A DNA stretch of 55,779 bases, filler included, from Catajapyx aquilonaris (GCA_000934665.2; 3 parts of 3 records of this genome joined end to end with filler, not necessarily neighbours in it), one strand, 5' to 3'. Counted from the first letter of the whole stretch, positions 11,680 to 23,730 are shown. Made by a program: numbers and translations. Notes: generated by a model from the sequence alone, not told the origin.

Positions 11680-12653
11680 TTCTTCGTAGTTGTTTGATAA
11701 CGATGCGACGGGAGCGATTGATGGAACTAGACTATACCAGGAAGCTAGAAAGGCATGTTCCTGTATCCGGATTGATCCTATATTGATATTAGGTACACAT
11801 GTGTCGTGGAAGCACTTTGCCGAACCATCTATATTTTTGTCAAGTCAGAATTTATTGAAGTCTGGTATATCTCCTACATCACTTTACATCCCTAAAATCC
11901 TCCGCAGTTGACGACAGTGATGGACAGTTCGCATGTTGTGTGTTTTCCTGCGAATTCAAAAGTGGATCGATTTTCTCGCTTTAATTCGAGCCCTGCTATT
12001 ACATTATGTACACCACCACGGGTGTACTCACCAGCCTCATGTGGTTTTGGAGGGACCAGAACTGAACACCAAGTCATGTTATGCTTCCTGTGACCAGTAC
12101 TTGTACAAGGTAGACAGTCCACTTAAAGCAGTAGGCATCTGTGTTAAGTTTTTTTTTTCATTTACTCCATGCAAAGTACCCAGCCCAAAGCGAGAACATA
12201 TTGTTGGTTATTCAAAGAGCATTTTATGACATTAAGACTCCATGGGATCGGATGTCACCAACTGTTGCCACAGCAGTGGCTTAACTCAAGCATTCCTTGT
12301 AATAATCCCTATATATATAAAGCTCAATATTTGTACGTATATTTATTTATTTATCACGCCTAATTAAGCCACTTCCCGGGCACGGAGAGCGCTCAAATTT
12401 CGCAGAGCCATGTCTTACATATCACTGACCTCGAGAAAAGTCCCAAACCCGAACTTTTTTTGAGTCGAAGGGGTTTTTTTCAGCAGAATAAGCTATTGCC
12501 CAGCAACCCTGGCTGTCAACAAGCCCAAAAGGATGGATCTGCCTCTCTCACTCATGTTCTAAAATGAAATCAACATTGCATAATTATTCAACAATGAAAA
12601 CAATAGAACAACGGGCAGGTTGGCAAGAATAATAATTGCAGTACACGTAATAG

Positions 12654-12801
12654 CAAGGGGGTAATCACTTCTGTACTCCGGTGTACACCTGGGAGTGGTA
12701 CTCCCTGGTACTCCTCAGGCACCTCACTCTTTATTACTCCGTGGTACTCCTTGAATTTGGTACTCCAGTGTACACTTTTCAGTCGAGTGATTACCCCCTT
12801 G
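12654..12801. mobile_element. Small MITE with perfect 16-bp TIRs
   Basis: CAAGGGGGTAATCACT...AGTGATTACCCCCTTG with internal GTACTCC repeats; ACACGTA occurs near both flanks. Confidence 0.65.
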
Positions 12802-13167
12802 ACACGTAGGGTATTGTAACAATAATTAACGGTTGGAGTACTTCGGGGAGTGCCGAGATCAACAATACCGAACAATACAGTACTGTACAGTGCATATCGA
12901 TAGAAGCTGCCACAAGGCACCAGGAAACACAGAGGAAGGAAGAGCAGGTATGCGTTCGTGTGTTTGGTCTCGAGAAGTGTTGAAGTGATGCCTTCATGTT
13001 CGGATTGTGTTGTCATCAAATATATATTTTTAAAATTCCGAGACAAAATTTTCAAATGTAATTTTAAAACCGGGGTTAATGCGAAACGGCGTAAAATGGA
13101 GCGGCGTAAAACGGGTACTTACCGCATGGGAAATCTTTCTTGGCCACTTCACAACCAGCAAGCTATC

Positions 13168-13512
13168 CTTTTTTTTTTACGTTACCCCGTGCTAGGGCCA
13201 TAGGTCCTTATAGGGGGGTGGGATACCACCATTTGCTTCAATTTTCTATTTTTCTTCTTCACTCCGGTGCAAGGATGAAAGGACATGGGGAAGGGATAGG
13301 GAATTTTTGGGGAGGGAACATGGGTGCAAGGTGCACGTCTGCAAACGGGTCATGTGCTGTTCCCCAGGAGGTTAGGTTGCCAGACACCTCCTTGGTGCAG
13401 GTCAGAGACCCTCCTGACGCAGGTGAAAGGAAAGTTCCCCAGGCGGGGATCGAACCTGGGGCCCTTCACACAGCAAGCCGTGACGTTACCATCACGGCCA
13501 CCACACCTCCCC
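13168..13512 (-). mobile_element. tRNA-derived SINE, family B, copy 1
   Basis: Head GGGGAGGTGTGGTGGCCGTGATGGTAA...GGTTCGATCCC on the minus strand; homologous copies at 34750-35067 and 42150-42397. Confidence 0.85.
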
Positions 13513-13646
13513 ATGCTATCATAATTTCCACGTTATCACAATTTTTCAATTTAAAAATTTTATGATGTCATTTTCAAACCGGCGTTAATGTAGAACGGCG
13601 TAAAATGGAAGGGTGTAAAACGGGTACCTACTGTATTATTTTGATA

Positions 13647-14113
13647 ATTGGACGGTGTTACGCAATAATGCGTCAACCCACGCGAGACCAGTTTTGAGAA
13701 AAAGGGCTTTGAAGGTCACACCTGTGATATTAATTCGGTGTTCTTTTCGGTCATTTATGGCAGAAGCATGCAGATTATTTCACCTGCGTGATTTTAACTG
13801 AATGAAGTAGGATCCTTTAGGTCAGCGGTTCTTAGCCTGGGGTGCCCGCACCTCCAGGGGATGCGAGGTGGCTTCCCTGGGGGTGCGAGCAAGGTGCACC
13901 TCTGGACTTAATCTAACCAAGAGCTAATAACTGGTCTAACTATGAACTTAATCAATCACCCCTGGTATAGGGGGTGCAACAAGGACCAATATATTGTCTA
14001 CAAAGGGGTGCGGAGGCCCGAAAAGGTTAAGAACCTCTGCTTTGGGTGTATGTTCCTGGCTCAATTATGACATTTTTTGTGGGTTGACCCATTATTGCAT
14101 AACACTGTCCAAT
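13647..14113. mobile_element. MITE with TA TSD and about 34-bp TIRs, interrupted by a hAT MITE
   Basis: ATTGGACGGTGTTACGCAATAATGCGTCAACCCA...TGGGTTGACCCATTATTGCATAACACTGTCCAAT; uninterrupted degenerate copy at about 23490-23730. Confidence 0.75.
13823..14039. mobile_element. hAT-type MITE
   Basis: Termini CAGCGGTTCTTAGCCT...AGGTTAAGAACCTCTG; 8-bp TSD CTTTAGGT/CTTTGGGT. Confidence 0.8.
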
Positions 14114-14355
14114 TATCCCTCCGCTTTCGATCACTTATGTGTACGTTGACTGACACCAAGTTCAACATATGTACCAGAAACTACACACGGGTTTGGTGCT
14201 ATAAATTAATAAATAAATAACATATTTTGATAATCTACGTATGTAAGGCAAAAAAATAACATTTGTTTGCCTGTGGCAACAGAATTTTGTTGGTGATTAC
14301 CATAGAAACAGGCCTGTAAATGGTTTCAAATTTTGCACTTCCCCCAATTTTTTTA

Positions 14356-14510
14356 TGTCCCCTCCCCCCAATGTATCTCCACCTTGCCGTGGTGGTGGGC
14401 TTTCGTTTTCCCATGATCCTGAAGAGCTATGCCGGCGGTAGTTTCGTCTACTGGTAGGGCCGCCCAAGTTGGACAAGTCTTTGGGATAGGAGACAGACTA
14501 AGAGAGATAA
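14356..14510 (+). mobile_element. RTE-clade LINE 5' UTR fragment
   Basis: CACCTTGCCGTGGTGGTGGGCTT...ATGATCCTGAAGAGCTATGCCGGCGG...TGGTAGGGCCGCCCA resembles the conserved 5' region of RTE elements (recognised from memory). Confidence 0.55.
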
Positions 14511-16635
14511 GAGTCTTTCCTCTCTTCTTTTTCCTCTTCGTTTCTCTCTCCATCTGTCCCACCTTTTTGTATTCTGATAACCACATAGCCATAGTTGCGT
14601 GGCTCTTTATTACGCAAACAAGCCAGAATTTTTACACCCTTCCGTTGCCTGCATATGCAATGGAATGAGCAGTTTTGCATTTAATATTGCTTGAGATCTA
14701 AGAAGATTTCGGTGAAATTATCCACGCTATTTTTTCCCCGTGCGAAGAACGGGTACCGCTGCTAGTGCATACATATAGTATCATGTGGTTCTTTATCAAC
14801 AAGTGTAACATCTGCCTGGTGTTTAATAAAATGACAATGATGTAAGATCAACATGTCTCATGCAAATTCATATCATACCCTCTTCATGTACTGCTTCCTC
14901 CTTTTCCAGCCGGCATTAAGAACAAACAATTTGATGAGATACCGGTACTTGAAAAAGATCTGGTACTGTCAGCGGTGAAATGAGATATAGCAACCAAAGT
15001 TTAACGAAGTGAAATTTTAGTCGGATCCATGATTATCTCAGTCAATTTTACTATGTGACCCAGTTTGTGTTACTTTCACTTTGGTTAGCAATACTTTATC
15101 ATCAGGTGGTACATATAACCAGGGTAATTTGGTAATTCTCACCACATGCATGAACCAAATCGTGTCACTAAATGATTTGGTACACATAACCATGACTTTG
15201 GTGGGATCTATTTTACCTAAAAAAAAATTGGCAACCCGAACCAAATTTTCGTTTGGTTTACCACTCCATTTTTCTCAGTGTAGTTACCGAACTTACGTGA
15301 CCTCCGGGGACAAGGTAGAACTGGTCTCATATAACAGAAACCTGCGTGTAGCTTGCCAGTGTCTGAGGCGCACCGGGGCGGACTCGGGGGGGGGGGGGGG
15401 ACGTACTGTACGGTGTAGCCTTCACGGCATGTAGGTGTGAGCGTGCGGCTGAACAGGTAAGGTTTATCAATTATTATCATTATCGAGATTTTTTACCACC
15501 TTCAGTAAGTGACGATTTTGCCATAATTTGCCCTCCTCCGGAAACATTAGCATGTGGGTTGCCTTCTATTCTCAGATGCAGGAAGCGCCACAATGGACCA
15601 GGACATAAAAGGAATCCGACGAGGTGTCTGCAAGGCCGAAGATTGTGACAGGACTCATTGAAAAAGAACCGGCTGGTGGTGGACGTGGATGGTGTGATTA
15701 CTGCAACCATCCCCCCACGCAACACGAGCGTTTAGAAGCATCTGATGGTACGTATGTGGGCTCATTGGTGTCCTATCGTTCCAGGAACTTACATTTAGTG
15801 AGACCAATATATTAATACCAGTTTCATTCCTGGAGAAATAAAAGTGAAATAAATAAGGGTCCTCTCCAATCGCAATGCTTTTTTAAAAGTCCCTCAATCC
15901 TTAAAATGCAACCACAGCATGACAAGGCTAATAAATTGATATTTAGGCGCTTTGCTGAATGCAGGTGGATACCATAGGAAGTTATTCTAGATTGATATAC
16001 TGCAGGTTTAAAAACTGCATGGGAAATGGGTCTGTAAAACTATGAAGCCCAACCAATGACTCGCACACTTGGCAAGGAGAAAGGAGGTCCAATGTCTGGT
16101 ATTATGTCGTTCATGGAAATTAATATTTAAGAAGCAGGTTGTATTTTTAGCCCCATGGACAAACCAGAATGCGATAATTATTTTTGCTGCATTGGAATAT
16201 GCGTAGGATGTACATGTTATTGTATTGTTCACTTGAGACCAAGGTGAGCTCAATGTGGGGTTTTTTTTTCCCAATCTGTAGGCTAACTGCTGGTGACAGA
16301 TACCTGTACCTGTGATATTATATATGTTGTACAAGTGTATACGTCTTAGTTGCTTTCTTGGTTCTAGACGGTTCTATAATTATGTAGCAACACATTTTAA
16401 TCCAAAATAGAAGTGATTTTCTTTTTAATGTTTCCCTTCGTGGATTCTTTCTAGGATGGGACAGTACCTGCCGAAGTACCTGCACTTTCTTTCAGTGATG
16501 TGTAAGAAACAATAATAGCAATTTTATATTTTATATAAATTCAGGTGTAATTATTAATCTGGTTGTGAAAAATAGCCTTCACCTGACTCTTTTAGAGTGA
16601 CATGGTCGTTATTGTAATGCAGGGATGTTCCTGGT

Positions 16636-17971
16636 ATGAAAGCAGTGAGGGCCGGGCACCTGAAGCAGATTGTCATGGGTTATGCGAGCTGTGGGAATAC
16701 TTCCCACTCTTCTGGACAGCGGGAGGTACAAAGCGAGGGTGTTGTCCCGGAGAATGCATCCGATGGGGGGCATGATTCGGGGGGTACACAGTCGACATTG
16801 ACACAAGCTGTTAATGTGACTGATCGGCGTGATGGACCGACAGTGTCCAATACATCGACGGGTATCGATGTGGCAAGGTTGCGGCAGCAACAAAATGGAC
16901 AGGATATTGCGGATGCATTACAACCTGGTCCGGTTGACACACATGGCGCTGGACTTGTGTCGTACAACAATGCAGTGGTGGGAAATCCCATACCACAGGA
17001 GCAAATGAAGTTGCCGGTGCGAGCTGCCCCGGAATTATTTTTTGATGGATCAAAAGCGAAGTCTGCTTTTGAATTCTTGAGAGATGTAGACAGATATTGT
17101 CGCATGTTGCGCTGTTCCAAGGAACAGGTGCTCCAGGAGGTAATACCTACTGCTCTGGATGGTCAGGCATTAGCCTGGTTTGAATTACATGGCGGATTTC
17201 CCGATTGGGAAACCTTTGCCAATGCCTTCCGGGCAGAATTTGAATGCATGGGCTATGCATTTCAAATTGGAGAGGAAATGGACAGACGTACTCAGGCAAG
17301 TGCTGAGCCGCTGACCCATTTTATAACCGCTATAAATGGTTATTTTGAGCAAGTCAAGCCTGAGGCTGGACAGCTTGAGCGGGTGCAGTTTGTTATGCGC
17401 AGGATGCACCCCGAGTTGCGTACGTATTTTCGGGGACGTGTGTTCACGTCTTTGAAGGATTTGGCACAGGCTGCTCCGGCGGCCATGGAGGATCTAACGA
17501 TTAATAAATCATGGGTTCCACCTAGGGATGCTTCACAAGCTGTTGCACCTCGGTTGGCGTGGTCGGACCCGACCATAAGGGATGATCAGATGGTGAACAT
17601 GACATGATGGTACAGTTATGAGTAACCATGTTGCAGGTTCTGGATGCCCTGTACTTAAGTACAGCAGTCTAGATCCGTATGGTTATCACATGTACGCACC
17701 TGTGATAAGAGGGACATCACGTGGACGTGGTCAAAGTGGCCAGTATCCACAACAATTACGTGGGAGGGGCCAAGGTGGCCAGTATCCACAACAATCACGT
17801 GGGGATGGTCAAGGGAGCCAATACCGACAGCAGATGCAAGGACGTGGACGTGATGGGTACGGCTATCGTCCAAAGAAGTGTTGGATTTGCCAAGATGAAT
17901 CCCATTTACGAGCGGATTGTCCTCACAGTGGGCAATTGCCATCAGCACGCGGGAAACGCGGAAAAAATTAA
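16636..17971 (+). mobile_element. gag: Ty3/Gypsy gag: capsid ORF 16636-17607 plus CCHC nucleocapsid ORF 17618-17971 in another frame
   Basis: FDGS...FEFLRDVDRYC...ALDGQALAWF...DWETFANAFRAEF...RTQ...EPLTHFI is the retrotrans_gag/Arc-like capsid pattern; CWICQDESHLRADC is a zinc knuckle. Confidence 0.85.
17718..17834 (+). repeat. 39-bp tandem repeat x3 encoding RGRGQGGQYPQQ-like units
   Basis: Units CACGTGGACGTGGTCAAAGTGGCCAGTATCCACAACAAT and two variants. Confidence 0.85.
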
Positions 17972-18049
17972 AGGGGGCGGTGAAATGCCAAGGAAAAAAG
18001 ACCGTGACAGATTTGCCGCCTTCTTATAAAAATCTTCCTGAGTCAGCAG

Positions 18050-18346
18050 ATGACTTTGATAGGGAGTGGAGCTGATCAATGGCAATTGAAAGTGACCGTA
18101 TTCTGTAGGCTGTTAACATTTTGTCGGTCAAATGGGGCAGTTTTGGATCAAAACTACTGTCACTACAAAGTACTGTACAACGGTTATAGGGACCACTTTG
18201 CAAAGTTCCGTCCGCAGCTGCGAAAGTGGGTGTGCAGTGTTTGCAAATCTTCTTTTGCACAGAAGGTACATTACAGAAAGCATTATATTCTGCACAAGGA
18301 CACAGAGGATTGTCAGGAACAACAACTTGATATATCGCAACTGTAA
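18050..18346 (+). CDS. Short or degenerate ORF with a classical C2H2 zinc finger
   Basis: WVCSVCKSSFAQKVHYRKHYILH fits C-x2-C-x3-F-x8-H-x3-H. Confidence 0.5.
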   Translation: MTLIGSGADQWQLKVTVFCRLLTFCRSNGAVLDQNYCHYKVLYNGYRDHFAKFRPQLRKWVCSVCKSSFAQKVHYRKHYILHKDTEDCQEQQLDISQL

Positions 18347-18546
18347 TGCATGCTTATAGGGATACAACATTCTGTTGAGGAGTCGCTTGAGGAAATTGCT
18401 GAGGCAAATAAAGATGCTGTCAAACCTGTACAGAGGTCTTGAAGGCAGACATAGAGCATCAAAGCTTATGATCGATGAAACAGTGAGGGGGATACAAAGC
18501 ATTGTTGAAAGCAAGGGGGGAGAAATTGATATTAGCAGATTTGATA

Positions 18547-18646
18547 NNNNNNNNNNNNNNNNNNNNNNNNNNNNNNNNNNNNNNNNNNNNTTAATTAATT
18601 AANNNNNNNNNNNNNNNNNNNNNNNNNNNNNNNNNNNNNNNNNNNN
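18547..18646. other. Scaffold gap with TTAATTAATTAA spacer
   Basis: 44 N + TTAATTAATTAA + 44 N; identical construct at 37167-37266. Confidence 0.95.
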
Positions 18647-18721
18647 TTGTAGCATTTCCAGGGCAACGGGTTGGATCCGGTGTGGAACATGGTCCGAATG
18701 AGAGTTGGTTAAATTCAAAAT

Positions 18722-20705
18722 ATGGGTCACGTCCGGGCCAATAATGAGGCTAATGGTAGGCGGAGGAGGAGAGGGCAGGGGAAAGAGGAAGTGACGCAGA
18801 ATAAGGCACCGGAAAAGGAACTGCTGGTGACCAATGACCAGGCAGACAGTGGAGAGATTATTGACTTCAGTGCATCGGACATGTCCAGCATCTCCGGAAG
18901 GTCAGTGATAAACCATCAGCAGTGGGACTTATTCATAACGATATTTTATTTACATTACTACATCGAATAGTCCTACGTATCAAGCAGATACGAGTTGTTG
19001 TTGTTGTTGTTGTTGTTAAGTCAAATGATGTTCTGCGCAGGTTGCATGAACTGGCTGAGCCGAGGAGGTACTACACCACTACCCATCCGGATAATAACAT
19101 AGGTATGAGCAAAAGGTAGCCTTTGTTTTGTCTCGAGATTGCAGGCGGATAATCGGGTAATATAGTCTACATTTTGCAAACCCACTTAAAAAATTCGTCA
19201 TAATTTTAAAATGCATTTTTGTTTGAAGAAATGCGGATTAGTTTTAGAGTGTCTATAACGGTCGAACTAAAATCATATTAATGGAGGGTCCTATAGCCTT
19301 GGCCTGGGATTTGGGTAATTTGTACACGAATAGCTCAACCATACATGTAAACACGCATTCCTCCACTAGTCGGCACCAAAATGTCATTCCTCGATAGATT
19401 ATCAGGGGTTTAAAAGTCACTCGCAAATTGGACTGAAGAAGGGCGTGTACATGCAGATTTCTCAAATCCCAGACCATTGTGAAGTACAGTAATAAGTCAG
19501 ACATATGTCCTGTCCACTCACCGCAGAAGCCTGGAGGCGCTCGAGTGGTGAGTACCCTTCGTCCGACAGGATAAAGATGCTGTGCCGTCCCAGGAAGAAT
19601 CACCATCAGGAGTACCTCCAATACGTGGACATGTTGTCCAATAAGAGCAGCACCAAGAGTACCTTCAGCAAAGCGGTAACTATTATCTTATTATACATAG
19701 GGTGTGTGCTGTGAGGAAGATTGCGCCCTGTAGAGTGCTACATAATCATTTTTGATCACACTCAATGACTTTTTTCAGCGCGTTGAAGAGCTGGCCGTCC
19801 CTAAGAAGCTTCCCGAGGGATTCATTCGGCCAAGGTATATATGGCCAATTCTCATTCAGTCGTAAATTCTGCGACCTCGGAGACTGACTGCTGCACGCAT
19901 ATTGCAGAAGTTTAAAGAGATGGCCATCCATAGCTTAATATTAGGAATTCACTCTAAAAATAATTAGCCATTAGCCATTATGCATACAATCTGAGACCGA
20001 TGACTCTTGCATGCTCTGGTTATACGTAATTTGTTCACCACTAATGCAGCTGGTATTATGGTGTGGGTTGCAGGTTGGAGTGGAGGCTGCATCCGAAGGT
20101 GAAGGAGTACATACCCTCCGACAGGCTGGAGTCCCTGGCAGAACCCAAGACCTACCTGCCGGCAGACGTCAATGGCAAGTGTTGCTCAAGTTTCGACCAT
20201 ACTGTCCGAAACTGGTGTTTGAGACGACAGACTCTTTCGAGAATTGGTCCCAGACGAATCCTCTTTGTGAGGAAGGGGCGACCATTAGTGTCTGGGTTAT
20301 GAGAATTCCTCTGGGTCGCTGTCAATATACTGCTGCTGCTGTTGTTGATCTTCATTACTCTGGCCGCCAACAATTGACTTTTGCTCTCTCTTAACGGCTT
20401 CCTTGCATGACCCGCAGAGTGGAAACCTCCCAGGCTTGGTGCCACTTGCCATATCAGTCCCCGATTGGAGAAGCTGGCCCAGCCCAAGAAGTTCTACGAC
20501 GCACCAGATCCGCCGCTTCGAAGCAATGGCGCATCCCTTAATGTACCTAATATCTTTCTCGTACGTCATAATATTGTAGGCTATTCATTGGCATAGGCCT
20601 TCAATTATACATTTTTTTTTAAAAACCCCTTTGCAGTATGCAACCATTTCGCAGCGCTTGAAAGAGCTGGCCAAGCCCATCATAAGAGTTGCTAAACACG
20701 TTTGA
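18722..20705 (+). CDS. THEG (testicular haploid expressed gene)-repeat protein, paralog 1, 7 coding exons
   Basis: Exons 18722-18900, 19041-19102, 19527-19675, 19779-19834, 20074-20174 (GC donor), 20418-20542, 20637-20705 splice in frame. Repeated RLxELAxPK motifs: RLHELAEPR, RVEELAVPK, RLESLAEPK, RLEKLAQPK, RLKELAKP. The start (next to a gap) and the exon 6 donor are less certain. Confidence 0.8.
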
Positions 20706-21031
20706 CAAGTCGAGCGCAGGAAACATCATACGAAGAGACCAATCGGCATATACACCGTGCATGGCAGCCAATCAGGAGCATTTGACTACCAAATATACAT
20801 AAATCGAATAGTAATAATAAAGTGATCATCATTCAATTTATTACTTGCTGCTTCCCATTTGGTCGATATCTACACTCTTGTAAACAGGGCACCTTGGAAA
20901 CACACAAATAATGGCCTTTCATTAGTGTACTTTTAGAATTTGTTGAAATCCCTTGTGTGGTCATCTTGACCGGTCTGTGACCTTTTAAATTTAAGCCAGT
21001 GAAGGACATATAGGCAGCCAATCGGCGAGGC

Positions 21032-23139
21032 ATGTCTATATCGAGTTGGAATTCCAATAAGACACACCGGGGGTCCAGGAAGAGCTCGGGGTCGGAGTAC
21101 GAGGTGCAGATGACCAACGACATGGCCGTACGGACAGAGGGTGGGTCAACCTCCACCAACAGCTCAAAGGTCAGCGAGAGGACGCTCTACCTCTCCCTCC
21201 CGAAGAAGGTCAGCCCGGCCTTCCTGACCAACAGGTCGGTATATCTGATGAGCATCTGATTTCCATTGTGCGCATGTGCAGACTTTTAAAAAGTCGCGCA
21301 TGCGCATAGGGATTTGAGGGGGGTGGAGCCACGTTTCCGTCACGTGCTACAACATCACGCATGCGCTGGCTACGTAGAACTTTCACGAGGCTTTGCCTCT
21401 GTGTCTCTGTCCGGGGTGAGTAATCATCTCAGTTCACCTAGGTGCATGTAGTATCACTACTACCCCTCTCACGACCCTAGTGAGCAGTCGGACGCACCAT
21501 CTCTTGAGGGATATATGGTAGTTGAACCAAAACTAGTTTCACCCTAATTGATTTTTGCGTCATTTCCGTAAACGTATGTCCGTAACGTAACCGACTTGTT
21601 TCGTTGCGCAGGCACCCCCAGTGGCCGGTGTCCAAATCAGCGATGAAGGCCACGCCTTCCAAGAGAGTGACGGAGCTTGCTCAGCACAAGCCTTACAAGA
21701 TGTACAAACCGGACTACTCAGGTCACGACCGTTACGTAACGTTCACGCATTTAGGATCATAAGGGGATGAAAAAGCGGCCTTTCTAGTCGTATATAGGCT
21801 GGGCCATATTTGAAGGGCCTGTCAGCTGTGGCAGAGTGTTTTGTAATGATGCAAACTTTTAGAGTGAAATTCCTGGGCATCATTTTTGTATGAGGCGTGT
21901 CTAGTTTCCTACGCCTGATTGGCGAATCTCAGCAACCGCAAAGACCCATAGACAACGACGCCCGTGTGAACCCAGCAGCAGCTTTCACGTACTACGTTCG
22001 TTGTGTGCATTCCAGTGTGGCGTCCCCCAGTCGGCGACTACCGAATCACTACACGGGTGCCCATCCTTTCCATTCCGAAGAGGGACCACCGGAAGGAGGC
22101 CATGACCCAGTCCTTGCACAGCGACACCGCCAGTCGGAAGTCGAAGAGCAGTTACAACTCACAGGTCGGCAACCGTCGATGACGCTGCGGAATAAACTTG
22201 CCCCTAATTATTCCTCATCGTGATTAATAAACATTGGTGACATTTTTCTTTCCCCCCCCCATCCTCTTCGCAGCGTCTGGAGACATTGTCTTTGCCCAAG
22301 AGCGAGGTTGAAGCCGACCGCCCTCCAAAGTGAGTGCCAGGGTGCCTCTTGAGGTAAATATTGATGACGCACATTTTGTTCCCTCGGCAGGAGCCAGGTC
22401 TGGAAGGGGCCCAATCTGAAGATGCCGTACAAGCCCAGTGAGAGGCTGCACGACCTGGCCGTTCCAAAGCCCACGTATCACGTGTCCGACCACAAAGGTA
22501 CTATCTTCCGCCCCATGTATAAAATCGCTAATTCAACCAATATTAATTTTTGCATGGTCGAACTATCGGAGATTTTGGTTGCGAACAAACGCGGGAATAA
22601 CCTTACCTGGCAGGGATGGCAGGAGTGGGAACGTACCTTGTAGGCCACGCCCCCCTTTCCCCCATCCAATTTGAAAGTGACTTTTGAACCCGCTATGATT
22701 TGACACTTTTGGTGCTGAAAAGTGGTGGAATTCGTGTTTATAAGTATGGTGTATACCCCAAATCCCAGACCAAGTTGCACTACATCATTAGCACGGCCTA
22801 TCTGTCCTGACCTAATCTTCCACGTGACAGAGTGGAGGTTCGTCAAGGGCGTTTGCTACTGCCCCAGCCCCAGGCTGAAGGAGCTGGCCGAGCCCAAGGG
22901 GGTCCATGCGGAACACGTTCCTCCTTTCAAGGATATCCAGCCACCTTCCATCGCTGCTCGAACTAAGGTTCGTGAGGTCGCACTGTATAGTTAAACTCCT
23001 ATGTACCTGGTTTAACCTAACCTAACCCAACATCGATGCCTGGATGGTGCTCCCTGTTTACTTGCAGGCGGAGGCGTCCGATAGACTGATCGAGTTGGCC
23101 CAGCCCAAGCAGAGGTCGTCCAGACGCGTTTCCCATTGA
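21032..23139 (+). CDS. THEG-repeat protein, paralog 2, 7 coding exons
   Basis: Exons 21032-21234, 21612-21721, 22016-22164, 22274-22329, 22391-22497, 22831-22967, 23068-23139, all GT-AG and in frame. Motifs PQWPVSKSAMKATPSKRVTELAQHK, PSERLHDLAVPK, PSPRLKELAEPK, SDRLIELAQPK. Confidence 0.85.
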
Positions 23140-23489
23140 CGTCGTCGCCGCCACGTCAGGGTCACTCTGTCGCGACACAGACCGCAGGCCGCAGTTTCCA
23201 CGCGACGGATGACCAATATGAAAGGAGTGAATCGTCTGGTTCTGCATTTCTGGTTGCGCCGGGATAACAAAGAAGAGGGGAAGCACATACTTTTTTTCCG
23301 ATTTAGAAATTTGTTGTCTGCACATGTAAACCGAGTTAATTAAAAAGTAATTAACTGAAGAAGTGCTTCAATATTGCAATGAAGCGTTATTCTTTCCTGG
23401 CTGTACAGATTGCGTGGTAATTCTGCAGGTGGAATGTTTGACTTGCTATGCCATGGCAGCCGCTTCGTCTGGCACGTCCTGTGGACCTG

Positions 23490-23730
23490 AACTGGCCATG
23501 TTATGCAATAATAATGAGTCAACCCACATGAGAATCGTTTTGAGAAAAGGGCATGTTGCACCTGTGGAATTAATTCAGTGTCCTTTTCGGTCATTTATGA
23601 CAGCAGCATGCAGATTTCGCCAGCTTGATTTTAACTGAATGAAGTACTATCCTTTGCGGGTATATGTTCCTGGAATTAACTCAATTTTGACATTTTTTGT
23701 GGATTACATTTATTGTATGACACCTTTCCT
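23490..23730. mobile_element. Degenerate copy of the 13647-14113 MITE, without the hAT insert
   Basis: Shared sequence such as TTTTGAGAAAAGGGC, CTTTTCGGTCATTTATG and GATTTTAACTGAATGAAGTA. Confidence 0.7.

Larger units (their letters stand above)
12306..14765 (+). mobile_element. Non-autonomous Helitron-like element carrying nested insertions
   Basis: 5' end A|TCCCTATATATATAAA. 3' hairpin CCCGTGCGAAGAACGGG followed by CTAG|T. The same 3' end recurs at 26644-26671. Pairing of these two ends is inferred. Confidence 0.6.

Noticed and set aside
18547..18646. TTAATTAATTAA embedded in N runs (also 37167-37266)
   Set aside because: Identical 44N+12+44N construct with stops in all six frames: an assembly spacer, not biology.
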